This document shows, piece after piece, positions 1 to 8,281 of a stretch of 34,349 nucleotides of DNA. The position numbers were made by a program, and so were the translations under genes. The notes below the pieces were generated by a model. It saw only the letters and a list, made by a program, of their open reading frames with translations, was not told the origin of the DNA and searched no databases. The stretch comes from an uncultured Muribaculaceae bacterium. GTDB lineage: Bacteria; Bacillota_I; Bacilli_A; RF39; UBA660. The stretch covers positions 1 to 34,349 of the forward strand of contig CAYQKO010000002.1 of the NCBI GenBank assembly GCA_964418205.1, written 5' to 3'. How positions within the stretch are numbered: position 1 is the first letter of the stretch; each line of letters starts with the position of its first letter.

Positions 1-39
1 CTGATATTTTTCTTCATCTTCTACTACAATAATTTTCAC
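1..39 (-). CDS. 5' end of a CDS running off the window edge; the N-terminus resembles a response-regulator receiver domain
   Basis: The reverse complement of 1-39 reads GTG AAA ATT ATT GTA GTA GAA GAT GAA GAA AAA TAT CAG = (M)KIIVVEDEEKYQ, a typical receiver-domain start. A GGGAG Shine-Dalgarno (complement of 49-53) lies 9 nt upstream. Only 13 codons are visible. Confidence 0.3.
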   Translation of the reverse strand, partial: MKIIVVEDEEKYQ

Positions 40-113
40 ACCCAAACACTCCCAATCTTTTGTTTACTCTTGGCAATTATATCATAAAACTTATTCAAAA
101 ATAAATACCTTTT

Positions 114-692
114 TTAAGGTATATATTTTTCAAGTAAGTACGTTCTAGAATTTTTAAAGTATAAACACTTGGTGTTTGCTAGATTTTTTACTAGAGTTTT
201 CATATTAGGATAACTTCCCATTATGTGAAATAGTGATTCATTTTCATAATTTTGTAGTATAAAATTTAACATTTTCTCGACATTAAAAAAAATATTTGTT
301 GGGTAAAATTTTTTTATTGTTTTTCCTTTTTTCTGCACAAATAAAGTTGCATAGCTATTGTGTATATTTAATATTACTTGGTTATTTTTCCTTTTATACA
401 AATTTATTTCTTTTTTTGTTTTCGTTTTTTTAAAGCCTAACTCATTTAATAACATGAGTAAAATTTCTTTATCAATTTCTTCATAATGTAATGGTAGGAT
501 TATAGTAATTTGTTTTGTTTGGAAGAAAGATACCCATTTTTCTTTTTTTACTAGCTCTTCTAGTTTTTTTTCGAATAATGGAATGTTTCTTATTTTCCCA
601 TATTTCATGGCCTTTTTTGGGAATACAAATTCTTTTATTTCTTCTTTTTCTTTATATTGAATAATGTTTTCAAATAAATATAATGTTATCAT
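114..692 (-). CDS. hypothetical protein, 192 aa, no recognisable motif
   Basis: Open frame from the ORF track. An AGAGGGA SD lies about 10 nt upstream of the ATG at 692. The protein is K/N/I-rich with no TM segment or catalytic motif I can name. It lies downstream of spoIID and the SpoIIQ-like gene. Confidence 0.6.
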   Translation of the reverse strand: MITLYLFENIIQYKEKEEIKEFVFPKKAMKYGKIRNIPLFEKKLEELVKKEKWVSFFQTKQITIILPLHYEEIDKEILLMLLNELGFKKTKTKKEINLYKRKNNQVILNIHNSYATLFVQKKGKTIKKFYPTNIFFNVEKMLNFILQNYENESLFHIMGSYPNMKTLVKNLANTKCLYFKNSRTYLLEKYIP

Positions 693-695
693 TTT

Positions 696-716
696 AAAAA
701 AATCCCTCTTGGGATT
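696..716 (-). terminator. rho-independent terminator after the SpoIIQ-like gene
   Basis: The minus strand reads AATCCC-AAGA-GGGATT followed by TTTTT: a 6-bp stem (701-706 / 711-716), a 4-nt loop and a U-run. The hairpin overlaps the stop codon at 715-717. Its 3' arm contains the SD of the next ORF. Confidence 0.55.
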
Positions 717-1371
717 ATTTTAACTCTTCTATGGTTTTTTCATAGAATGTTTCTGGATTTATAAGCACATCATCCAAATAAGCTTCAAAAAGAAGAGTTT
801 GACTTTTATTTGTTTGCAATTTTGATGTTCCAGATGTTGCAATTACTTGACCTTTTGTTACAGTATCCCCAACACTAACTTTTGTTTCACCTAGTGTATA
901 ATAAATTGTAGTTGTTTTCTTGGAGTGTTCTATTGTTAGTACTGTTCCTAAGATTTCATCTGTTTTTATGTCTTTTACCGTACCATCCATTACCGCGACA
1001 ACCTCAAATACTTCATCACTTTCATATAGAACTCCAGTATTTGGCATGTAAGTTTTTTCATAGTAAATTAAAGAGTTTTCTTGGTTTTCACTTGACTCAT
1101 CTTTATTATAAAAACTTTTTGCGACAGATACTTGTTCACTTGTAAAAGGTTTTACTACTTTTTCTTTTTCTTTTTCCTTGGTTGTATTCGTATTTGTTAT
1201 TGTCTCATCTGTTTCTTCGAAAACACTCATAGTATAGTTGTAATTGTCGTCACTTGAAACTTGTTTTTCTAATATGTTTTGCGTTAAGAAAGTGATTCCA
1301 ATACCCATCATACCCAAAATTATGAAATAAATTGTTGGTAAAACAAACCTTTTTAATTTTCTTTTTTTCAT
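715..1371 (-). CDS. membrane-anchored degenerate LytM/M23 peptidase-domain protein (SpoIIQ-like)
   Basis: It has a basic N-terminus plus a TM helix (FVLPTIYFIILGMMGIGITFL). The C-terminus has the M23 fold pattern VVAVMDGTVKDI..GTVLTIEHS..IYYTLGE..VSVGDTVTKGQVIATSG..LLFEAYL. The metal ligands are lost: YYTL replaces Y-HL and LLFEA replaces HLHFE. A GGAGG SD lies 7 nt upstream of the ATG at 1371; the track start at 1386 is TTG. The gene is directly downstream of spoIID. Confidence 0.7.
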   Translation of the reverse strand: MKKRKLKRFVLPTIYFIILGMMGIGITFLTQNILEKQVSSDDNYNYTMSVFEETDETITNTNTTKEKEKEKVVKPFTSEQVSVAKSFYNKDESSENQENSLIYYEKTYMPNTGVLYESDEVFEVVAVMDGTVKDIKTDEILGTVLTIEHSKKTTTIYYTLGETKVSVGDTVTKGQVIATSGTSKLQTNKSQTLLFEAYLDDVLINPETFYEKTIEELK

Positions 1372-1412
1372 CTTTTTTCCTCCCAAAACTATTTTGGAAG
1401 AAAAAGAATCTT

Positions 1413-2345
1413 TTATACATAAATATTTTCGATTTCGGTATTTTGATAATAATGTTTTAATATTTCGTCATAAGTATAGCCTTCTTTGGCCATTCCATTG
1501 GCTCCATATTGACTCATTCCTACACCGTGTCCATACCCCTTTGTTGTTATGGTAATGTCCGATTCATTTAAGGTAATTGTAAAATCCGTAGATCGTAAAC
1601 CTAATTTTGTTCGAACTTCTGTTCCTTTGTATGTTTTATCGTTAATTGTTATGGTATTTACACGATTAGTTGAACTTCTCACTTCATTCGTAATAACAAT
1701 ATTATCACATGTTATTTCTAATGCCGAACAAAATTCTTCTTTCGTAAATGTATAGGTATATTCAAAATTTGCTAGGGAATTATTGTCCCATAAAGAATCT
1801 ACGCTATTTAAATAAGGCAAGTTCTCCATAAATACGAATTCTGAATTTTCTGTGTATCCATTGCTCATTGAAAAATAAAAAGCATTTATGGTATTTCCTT
1901 CATATGTTACAATTTGTCCTTGTGTTTCTTTTACTGCATTTCTTATTTTTAAATAGTTCGAAAAAAAGGATAAGCCCCATGTGGATAGCAATGTTCGATT
2001 GTCCTTGTAAGCTTGATCTTTTGTTCCAATAATTAAATCATATTCTAAATCTCTTGTTTCTATTTTATACATAGCATAAGTTCTTGCGGCGACTGCTTGG
2101 GCTTTTAGAGCTTCTTCTTCAAAGGAAGCAGGCATCTCAGCAGAAACAACTCCTACAATGTAATCTTCTAGGTTTATTTCGGTAATAGAATTGTCACTTT
2201 CCTTTAATAGTCTTACTTTTATTGGTTCTTGGTTGTTTTCGAGTTCTATGGGTATCATATAATCATTTTTTTCGGCGTAAATGAGAATAATTCCTAAAAT
2301 GATACTTAAAATTACTACTACAGCTAACAGAATTTTATTTTTCAT
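1413..2345 (-). CDS. spoIID: stage II sporulation protein D (SpoIID/LytB-domain lytic transglycosylase)
   Basis: 310 aa with an N-terminal TM anchor. It carries SpoIID-family motifs: EALKAQAVAARTYA, NAFYFSMSNGYTENSE and a C-terminal GYGHGVGMSQYGANGMA. Confidence 0.9.
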   Translation of the reverse strand: MKNKILLAVVVILSIILGIILIYAEKNDYMIPIELENNQEPIKVRLLKESDNSITEINLEDYIVGVVSAEMPASFEEEALKAQAVAARTYAMYKIETRDLEYDLIIGTKDQAYKDNRTLLSTWGLSFFSNYLKIRNAVKETQGQIVTYEGNTINAFYFSMSNGYTENSEFVFMENLPYLNSVDSLWDNNSLANFEYTYTFTKEEFCSALEITCDNIVITNEVRSSTNRVNTITINDKTYKGTEVRTKLGLRSTDFTITLNESDITITTKGYGHGVGMSQYGANGMAKEGYTYDEILKHYYQNTEIENIYV

Positions 2346-2356
2346 AGTTAGACTCC

Positions 2357-2536
2357 TTATAAAAATTCAAATATAAAATTGGTTACTATGTAGCCTAATA
2401 CTAAACTTAATAAAACTACTAGAATGCGTGCTTCCCAATAACGATCTTTTTTTAAGATTTTATCAAAATTAACTCCTGATAAGGCAAATGCAGATAGCAT
2501 GGAAAAGAAAATGTATACATATAGTTTATAGTTCAT
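2357..2536 (-). CDS. small two-TM membrane protein, DUF1146 / YwzB-like
   Basis: About 59 aa from the ATG at 2536 (GGAG SD 6 nt upstream; the track start at 2554 is less likely). It has two hydrophobic helices. From memory it resembles B. subtilis YwzB (..VN.-K--K------R-------------V-NF...), which also lies near spoIID/murAA. Confidence 0.5.
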   Translation of the reverse strand: MNYKLYVYIFFSMLSAFALSGVNFDKILKKDRYWEARILVVLLSLVLGYIVTNFIFEFL

Positions 2537-2978
2537 TATATGCTCCGTTTTCATAGTTTATGATTTTTTTGATTCTTCTGATGTGTCGTTGTTCTGTTGG
2601 TAATTCTGTTTTCAAGAAAGTTTTGATGATTTTCATTGCATCTTCTAATTTGATGCCTCCAAAAGCGATTATGTTTGCCCCATTATGATTTTTCGCATCG
2701 TGGGCATCTTCTTCATTATTTACTCTGGCACATCGAATGCCTTTCACTTTATTTGCAGCTATGGAAATTCCTATTCCATTACCACATAGTAATATTCCTA
2801 TGCTTTGTGAATCCTTGATTACGTTTTGACAAACATCAAACGCAAAATCAGGATAGTCGTCTTCTGCACTTGTCGCTACTTGGGAAAATTCTACTTCATA
2901 ATTTTCTTTTGATAGTTCCGAATAGATTTTTTTAGCTAATTCATATCCTCGATGATCGGCTCCAATAAAGATTTTCAT
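2526..2978 (-). CDS. rpiB: ribose-5-phosphate isomerase B
   Basis: 150 aa. MKIFIGADHRGYELAK and GILLCGNGIGISIAANKVKGIRCA are RpiB/LacAB signatures, including the catalytic Cys. Confidence 0.9.
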   Translation of the reverse strand: MKIFIGADHRGYELAKKIYSELSKENYEVEFSQVATSAEDDYPDFAFDVCQNVIKDSQSIGILLCGNGIGISIAANKVKGIRCARVNNEEDAHDAKNHNGANIIAFGGIKLEDAMKIIKTFLKTELPTEQRHIRRIKKIINYENGAYNEL

Positions 2979-2981
2979 TTT

Positions 2982-4004
2982 TTATTCCCTTTCTAGAATC
3001 TCCTGAAACTTTGGTAAAAGTCCTTCATTTTTTTGACGATGTGCTGGAAGTGCATACAAGTCATGTCCTGGAAATTCATTCGCTTCTATTATAGAACATT
3101 TATCGGGGCCAATGCAAATATCAAAACCAATATAACCTATTTCTTTGACAACTTTGCTAGCTTCTATACACAAATTTTGCACTTCTTGCCATTTTGGAAT
3201 TTTAAACCCCTTAATTTGTTGTTTGGTTAATGGATGTTTTTCGTAAATTGTTCCATCTTTTTTTACGGCCGGATATTCTATTATTCCCGTTTCTATGTTT
3301 ATAGGTGCTAGTAAACCATCATGATTAAAGTTATCTACAATGTTTTTTTTGTCTCCTATTCGTATAAATGCTGCAACTATTTTGCTTTTTAAGGTTACGA
3401 CACGAATTGTGTTAATACTATATGGATGTAATTTACCTATTTCATCACATTGGATGGCTATTTCTTCTAATAAAAATTGTTTATTGGTTTGTAAATTTTG
3501 GTATACTTCTTTTTTGTTTTTTTTCGTTACATCAATTATTTCAACATTTTTACCACACTCTAAATCTATCGGTTTGGCAATAAATTTTTTGTGAGATTTG
3601 ATAAATTTGTTATATTCTTTTTCATCATTTTCAATGTAAGCCCACTCACGATTTAAATATTTTGAAAATTTTTGATTAAATTCATTTTTGTTGTGAAATA
3701 TATGGTAATATTCTGGGTTGTTTACTTTTTTAATGATTTCATTGTTTATTCCACGAGTGATAACTGTTTTTCTTTCTTCTTTATTCATTTTATACATTTC
3801 AAATAAAAGATAATCCGTATATCCTGCTTGATATTTAATTCCACAGTAAATCATATCGGCTAATATTCGTATTTGATTTTTTCCTGTTATGTGATGTATT
3901 TTATTTACCGTTTTAATAAATGTTTTATAGTTTAAATTTAATATTCTTTTCATTAAGTATTTTAGTTTTGACATTTTCCCACTTCCATGATTCATTTTAC
4001 TCAT
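2982..4004 (-). CDS. ATP-grasp fold protein of the sugar-transfer-associated ATP-grasp type (ATPgrasp_ST-like)
   Basis: 340 aa. The N-terminal region ILADMIYCGIKYQAGYTDYLLFEMYKMNKEERKTVIT, then FIAKPIDLECGKNVEIID, then a C-terminal IGFDICIG....IIEANEFPG match the layout of that family as I remember it. The start is ambiguous among Met1, Met4, Met11 and Met18. Confidence 0.6.
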   Translation of the reverse strand: MSKMNHGSGKMSKLKYLMKRILNLNYKTFIKTVNKIHHITGKNQIRILADMIYCGIKYQAGYTDYLLFEMYKMNKEERKTVITRGINNEIIKKVNNPEYYHIFHNKNEFNQKFSKYLNREWAYIENDEKEYNKFIKSHKKFIAKPIDLECGKNVEIIDVTKKNKKEVYQNLQTNKQFLLEEIAIQCDEIGKLHPYSINTIRVVTLKSKIVAAFIRIGDKKNIVDNFNHDGLLAPINIETGIIEYPAVKKDGTIYEKHPLTKQQIKGFKIPKWQEVQNLCIEASKVVKEIGYIGFDICIGPDKCSIIEANEFPGHDLYALPAHRQKNEGLLPKFQEILERE

Positions 4005-4032
4005 TTATTGTGTTGGAAAAGTGTAAAAAAGG

Positions 4033-4054
4033 AAAAAACTGCGTGTTAAGCAGC
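4033..4054 (-). terminator. weak candidate terminator/attenuator after rpmE
   Basis: The minus strand reads (G)CTGC-TTAACAC-GCAG(T) followed by TTTTTT. The stem is only 4-5 bp, the stop codon sits in the loop, and the next gene starts about 40 nt later. Confidence 0.3.
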
Positions 4055-4261
4055 CTTTTCGTCTTTGTTCATATTATATTTGCGATTAAATTTTTCAATA
4101 TTTCCAGCTTTGCTCGCCTTTCCTTGTTTTCCTGTATAGAAAGGATGACATTCAGAACAAACTTCTACTTCAATGTTTTCTTTGGTTGACATTGTTTTAA
4201 AAGTTGCTCCACAAGCACATTTTATTGTTGCTTCTTTCATTTCTGGATGAATATTTTTCAT
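4046..4261 (-). CDS. rpmE: 50S ribosomal protein L31 (zinc-ribbon C+ form)
   Basis: [18 protein letters not shown]...[13 protein letters not shown] matches L31. An AAAGGAGAG SD lies 8 nt upstream of the ATG at 4261, so the track start at 4282 is an over-extension. Confidence 0.92.
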   Translation of the reverse strand: MKNIHPEMKEATIKCACGATFKTMSTKENIEVEVCSECHPFYTGKQGKASKAGNIEKFNRKYNMNKDEKAA

Positions 4262-4318
4262 AATATACTCTCCTTTCGCCATGTCAAATTCATGACATAG
4301 TAATTTCTTGTCTTATGT

Positions 4319-4346
4319 ATTATATCACAGTTTTCTTCACTTTCAA
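4319..4346 (-). promoter_or_regulatory. sigma-A type promoter for rpmE
   Basis: The minus strand reads TTGAAA (4346-4341), a 16-nt spacer, then TGATATAAT (extended -10 TGn plus TATAAT, 4324-4319). It lies about 55 nt upstream of the rpmE start. Confidence 0.55.
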
Positions 4347-4363
4347 GAAAAAACTCACTTACC

Positions 4364-5041
4364 CTATTTTAATTCATTTACTATTTGTTCACTTATATAT
4401 CTATGTCCTTTATAATTTAGGTAGTAGCTTTTATCATTGAAAAAATATTCTTTATTATTAATAATGTTTTCTATATCAATAAAGGTAATGCTATTTTCTG
4501 TACAAAGCTCTTTTAATTTATTATTAATGTCTTTTACTTCTTCTTTCGTTAGTTTATCTGTTTGATATAAGCTGATTAGAACTATTTGTTTATCGTTATA
4601 AATTCGTATGACTTTCAATATTTTCTCCATGTTATTTAAATAGGTTTCTATTTCTTTTGAGGTATTGTTCTTTTGATTTAATTCGTCCATACCCAGTGCT
4701 ATTGTCACAATTTTAGCTTGGGCGATGGCTTGTTGAATCTTTGTATTTGTGCTTTCTAAAACGTAATTATTATTTAATTTTGTTTTGAATGTTTCGGATG
4801 TTTCATTTTTTATAGCAAATTCTTTTCTATATTCTTTCACTACACTTTTTTCTTCATAGTAGTCTCTAATATAGTCATTAAAACTGTATCCTGTCACGTT
4901 ATATGCAGTTTCCCCTGTTGATATTCCATCACCTAGTGCAACGATGTTTATCGATTCATGGTAAAGTTGTTTGTATATGAAAAAGGTTACAATTGTTCCA
5001 AATAAAATGGTTAAAATCAACTTTTTTTTCATTTTGTTCAC
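4364..5041 (-). CDS. membrane-anchored SGNH/GDSL-family hydrolase
   Basis: 225 aa with an N-terminal TM helix. NIVALGDGISTGE is the block I GDS motif, TIALGMDE resembles block II/III, and the C-terminal YLNYKGHRYISEQI supplies the block V His-type motif. Confidence 0.65.
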   Translation of the reverse strand: MNKMKKKLILTILFGTIVTFFIYKQLYHESINIVALGDGISTGETAYNVTGYSFNDYIRDYYEEKSVVKEYRKEFAIKNETSETFKTKLNNNYVLESTNTKIQQAIAQAKIVTIALGMDELNQKNNTSKEIETYLNNMEKILKVIRIYNDKQIVLISLYQTDKLTKEEVKDINNKLKELCTENSITFIDIENIINNKEYFFNDKSYYLNYKGHRYISEQIVNELK

Positions 5042-5063
5042 CTAATAAAGTTTATGTTAAATG

Positions 5064-5092
5064 AAAAACAGACATTCATTTCTTTTGTCCGT
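5064..5092 (-). terminator. candidate rho-independent terminator after murA
   Basis: The minus strand reads ACGGACA-(11 nt loop)-TGTCTGT then TTTTCAT: a 7-bp stem with one G-U pair (5068-5074 / 5086-5092), directly after the murA stop. Confidence 0.45.
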
Positions 5093-5093
5093 T

Positions 5094-6347
5094 TTATTCC
5101 TCTATTATTTTAATATCTGCACCTACAGTCGAAAGCTTTTCAATGACATGTTCATAACCTCTTAAAATATGTTCTATGTTTTCAATTTTTGTAGTTCCTT
5201 TTGCCAAAAGTCCAGCGATTACTAAAGAGGCCCCAGCTCTTAAATCGGTTGCTACTACATCATTACCCAATAATTCGGTTGGACCATCAATGTAAGCAGT
5301 TTGATTGTTTACTGTAATGTTGGCACCCATTTGATTTAAGTATGGTACTTGCCCCATTCGATTGCTGTAAATTGTTTCTTCTAGTATGCTTTTTCCTTCA
5401 CATTGCGTCATCAACACACTCATAGGTTGGGCTAAATCTGTCGGAAATCCTGGATAAATTAGGGTAGTAATGTTTAATGGACTCAGTTTGTTTGGATGAT
5501 TTAGGATGATATTATTTTCTTCAAAGGTAAATTCTACACCTATTTCTTGTAATTTGGATATTAAAGAAGTTAGATGTTCTTTAATGACATTTTCTATTTT
5601 TAATTTTTTTCCTAATAATGCCCCTATTATGATATAAGTTCCTGCTTCGATACGATCTGGTATGACCTCAACCATAGCCTTATGTAGATAATCTACTCCT
5701 TCAATCGAAATTTTACTTGTTCCTGCTCCAGAAATTTTTGCTCCCATATTGTTTAAATATGTTGCTATGTTTACAATCTCTGGCTCTTTAGCAGCATTGT
5801 TGATAACTGTTTTTCCTCGTGCTTTTACTGCTGCTAACATAATGTTAATGGTCGCGCCAACACTGGCAAAATCTAAATATATTTTGGTTCCTTTTAATTC
5901 TTCTGCATGAATAATATATTTGTCACCATCTTCTGTTACAGTTGCCCCTAAAGCTTCAAAACCTTTTAAATGAAAATTAATCTTTCGTTGCCCAATTTGA
6001 CATCCTCCAGGAAAGTAAATTTCGACATGTTTTGTTCTTCCTAAAAGAGCCCCCATGAAATAATAACTAGCTCTTAGTTTACTAGATAACTCTTCTTTAA
6101 TGACGGTATTTTGTAAATTTTTGGTTTCAATGTGCATAACATCTTCTTCTACACGGACGTTTCCATTTAAAAGTTTTATTATATCTATTAAGGCGTCACG
6201 ATCAGAAATTTCAGGTACATTATATATTGTTGTTTCTTCATCACAAAGAATAGAAGCTGGTATTAAAGCTACTGCACTATTTTTGGCTCCAGATATTGGA
6301 ATGGAACCAGTTAGTTCTTTGTTTCCATTGATTATTATTTTTCTCAT
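5094..6347 (-). CDS. murA: UDP-N-acetylglucosamine 1-carboxyvinyltransferase
   Basis: MRKIIINGNKELTGSIPISGAKNSAV and the active-site loop FPGGCQIGQRKIN (catalytic Cys) are present, with full-length EPSP-synthase fold similarity. An AAGGA SD precedes the ATG at 6347; the track start at 6374 is less likely. Confidence 0.92.
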   Translation of the reverse strand: MRKIIINGNKELTGSIPISGAKNSAVALIPASILCDEETTIYNVPEISDRDALIDIIKLLNGNVRVEEDVMHIETKNLQNTVIKEELSSKLRASYYFMGALLGRTKHVEIYFPGGCQIGQRKINFHLKGFEALGATVTEDGDKYIIHAEELKGTKIYLDFASVGATINIMLAAVKARGKTVINNAAKEPEIVNIATYLNNMGAKISGAGTSKISIEGVDYLHKAMVEVIPDRIEAGTYIIIGALLGKKLKIENVIKEHLTSLISKLQEIGVEFTFEENNIILNHPNKLSPLNITTLIYPGFPTDLAQPMSVLMTQCEGKSILEETIYSNRMGQVPYLNQMGANITVNNQTAYIDGPTELLGNDVVATDLRAGASLVIAGLLAKGTTKIENIEHILRGYEHVIEKLSTVGADIKIIEE

Positions 6348-6416
6348 TTTCTCACGTCCTTTATTTTCTTTCATTACTATATCAAATTTTTTTCTTATTT
6401 AAAAGTTTAAATTCTT

Positions 6417-6962
6417 TTAAAAACACATACTTATGTGAAAAAGTGCCATTGCAACTAAGAGAATGAATCCTAATATACTAGCATGCTGTCCTAGTTTTTC
6501 TTTTGCATATTTCCCAATGTTTAGTCCTGCAATAGTAAATATAAAACTTACGATAGAGAAAATAATCATTGCTTTTATTTTGTTGTTCGTTATAGCTGTT
6601 AGTCCTAATCCAGTTGAGAAAGCATCTATAGAAACCCCAAAAGCAAAGAGTAAGATACCGAAAAAGGATAAATTAAAGGAAATTGTTTCTTCTTTTTTTA
6701 AAATTTCTATGAGTAAATTAAAAGCTATAAATAGTAAAATACACCCTAAAAATAAGTTACTGTTTAATTCAAAAAAGTTAACAATTTTATCTCCAACGAA
6801 ATCTCCTAAAAAAGGCATTAGAAAGTGCATAACTCCAACAGTTAAGCTGATATCAAACATCTTTTTTTTAGAAATATTGTAAGTTCCAAGACCTAGGGAT
6901 AATGAAAATGTGTCCATACTTAGTGCAACGGCAATGAAAAGAATATTGAAAAGTTCTATCAT
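6417..6962 (-). CDS. mntP: MntP/YtaF family (DUF204) membrane protein, putative manganese efflux pump
   Basis: 181 aa with about 6 TM segments. The DUF204 motif is duplicated (ALSMDTFSLSLGLG and GVSIDAFSTGLGL). It is adjacent to spoIIR, as ywlD(mntP) is in B. subtilis. Confidence 0.7.
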   Translation of the reverse strand: MIELFNILFIAVALSMDTFSLSLGLGTYNISKKKMFDISLTVGVMHFLMPFLGDFVGDKIVNFFELNSNLFLGCILLFIAFNLLIEILKKEETISFNLSFFGILLFAFGVSIDAFSTGLGLTAITNNKIKAMIIFSIVSFIFTIAGLNIGKYAKEKLGQHASILGFILLVAMALFHISMCF

Positions 6963-7002
6963 AAAGATTCTCCTATAAAAAATCTATGATAGAACTTTCT
7001 TT

Positions 7003-7509
7003 TTATGAAAGGTATTTGTCTAATACTTCTTTTATATAAAAGCTATACTTTACATCACTGGTTTTATTTTCTTTTGCTTCTAATAAGCATAAGGGAGGAA
7101 ACATAATGCACCACCAATTTTCTCCTGTTCCACTCCCTAGTGTTATGACTAAGGATTCATAATTGCCACTAGGATAGGTAACGCCTTTGTATGTTTTTTC
7201 TGGAAAGTAATTCTGTCCAAATACGATTTGAGCATCTTGAGTATAATTTCCTACAATGTTTTTAATCTCTTCAAGATTTTCTTCCATTATTCTTTTGGCT
7301 TCTTCACTCGTTTTAGCATTTTGCATTAGAACATCTAATTTGTTTTCTACGGCATCTTTTACTTGTAATTTTAACGTTTGATCTTCTACTGTATTGGAAT
7401 TTGCTATTACTCGAAACCGAATTGCATAATCTGGAATCAAAATTTCCTCTTTGTTTGTGAATCCATAAATTAAAAATGCCACGAATAAGATAGGAATTAT
7501 TTTTTTCAT
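7003..7509 (-). CDS. spoIIR: stage II sporulation protein R
   Basis: It has a signal/TM N-terminus, IPDYAIRFRVIANSN, and the highly conserved GENWWCIMFPPLCL block. An AGGTG SD lies 5-6 nt upstream of the ATG at 7509; the track start at 7518 is GTG inside the SD. Confidence 0.9.
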   Translation of the reverse strand: MKKIIPILFVAFLIYGFTNKEEILIPDYAIRFRVIANSNTVEDQTLKLQVKDAVENKLDVLMQNAKTSEEAKRIMEENLEEIKNIVGNYTQDAQIVFGQNYFPEKTYKGVTYPSGNYESLVITLGSGTGENWWCIMFPPLCLLEAKENKTSDVKYSFYIKEVLDKYLS

Positions 7510-7549
7510 TTTTTTCACCTATTTCATTCATGGTCTAGTATTCTTTTTT

Positions 7550-8281
7550 TTATTCATTTTTTGTTAAAAAGGCATATCGATCTTTATTTGCTAAGTCTTT
7601 TTCAATGGTACAAGAATAAGTGGATAAGTATTTTTCCGTAAACTCTTTTATTTTATACCCTTGTTGATAACCTATTTCAAAAGCAATTAATTTAGGTTTT
7701 TTATCTGTTGAAGATAATTTTTTTAAAATTTCTTCATAAAAATATAATCCATCGTTCCCTGCAAATATAGCATTTTGTGGTTCAAATTTCGTTTCTTTCC
7801 CTACCGATTCACTTTTCGATACATATGGAGGATTACTAATTAAAACATCATAGTTTTCATAAGATATTTCAAGCATGTCTTTGTTTTGAAAATCGACTAA
7901 AACATTGTTTTGTGAAGCATTTTCTTTTGCTAATTCTATCGCGTCTTTCGATATGTCTATGGCTGTAATATGAGCGTTTCTATTTTTTCCTATTGCGATA
8001 GATATACACCCACTTCCGGTACCTAATTCTAATATTTTTGGATTCTGTAATTGTAATTTTTGAATCTTTTTTAAAGTTTTTTCCACAAGAAACTCTGTTT
8101 CATATCGTGGGATAAGCACTCTTTCATCAACGTTTATAATTGTGTTTAAAAATTCCACATTACCAATTAAATATTGAATGGGATAGTTGTTTTGTATTTT
8201 TTCTAACGCTTGTTTTATGTTTTCTTTATATTTTTCTTGTAATAGTTTCCAATCTGTATTTGTTATACTTTCTGGTTTCAT
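7550..8281 (-). CDS. prmC: release-factor glutamine N5-methyltransferase PrmC/HemK
   Basis: It has the SAM motif ILELGTGSGCISIA and the catalytic NPPY (LISNPPYV). At 243 aa it has a shortened N-terminal domain. Its start overlaps the upstream ORF stop as ATGA. Confidence 0.88.
   Translation of the reverse strand: MKPESITNTDWKLLQEKYKENIKQALEKIQNNYPIQYLIGNVEFLNTIINVDERVLIPRYETEFLVEKTLKKIQKLQLQNPKILELGTGSGCISIAIGKNRNAHITAIDISKDAIELAKENASQNNVLVDFQNKDMLEISYENYDVLISNPPYVSKSESVGKETKFEPQNAIFAGNDGLYFYEEILKKLSSTDKKPKLIAFEIGYQQGYKIKEFTEKYLSTYSCTIEKDLANKDRYAFLTKNE

Noticed and set aside
6963-7002. A yybP-ykoY manganese riboswitch, expected upstream of mntP.
   Set aside because: Only about 40 nt separate spoIIR from mntP, which is far too short for the roughly 100-nt or longer riboswitch. 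No conserved four-way junction sequence is visible.
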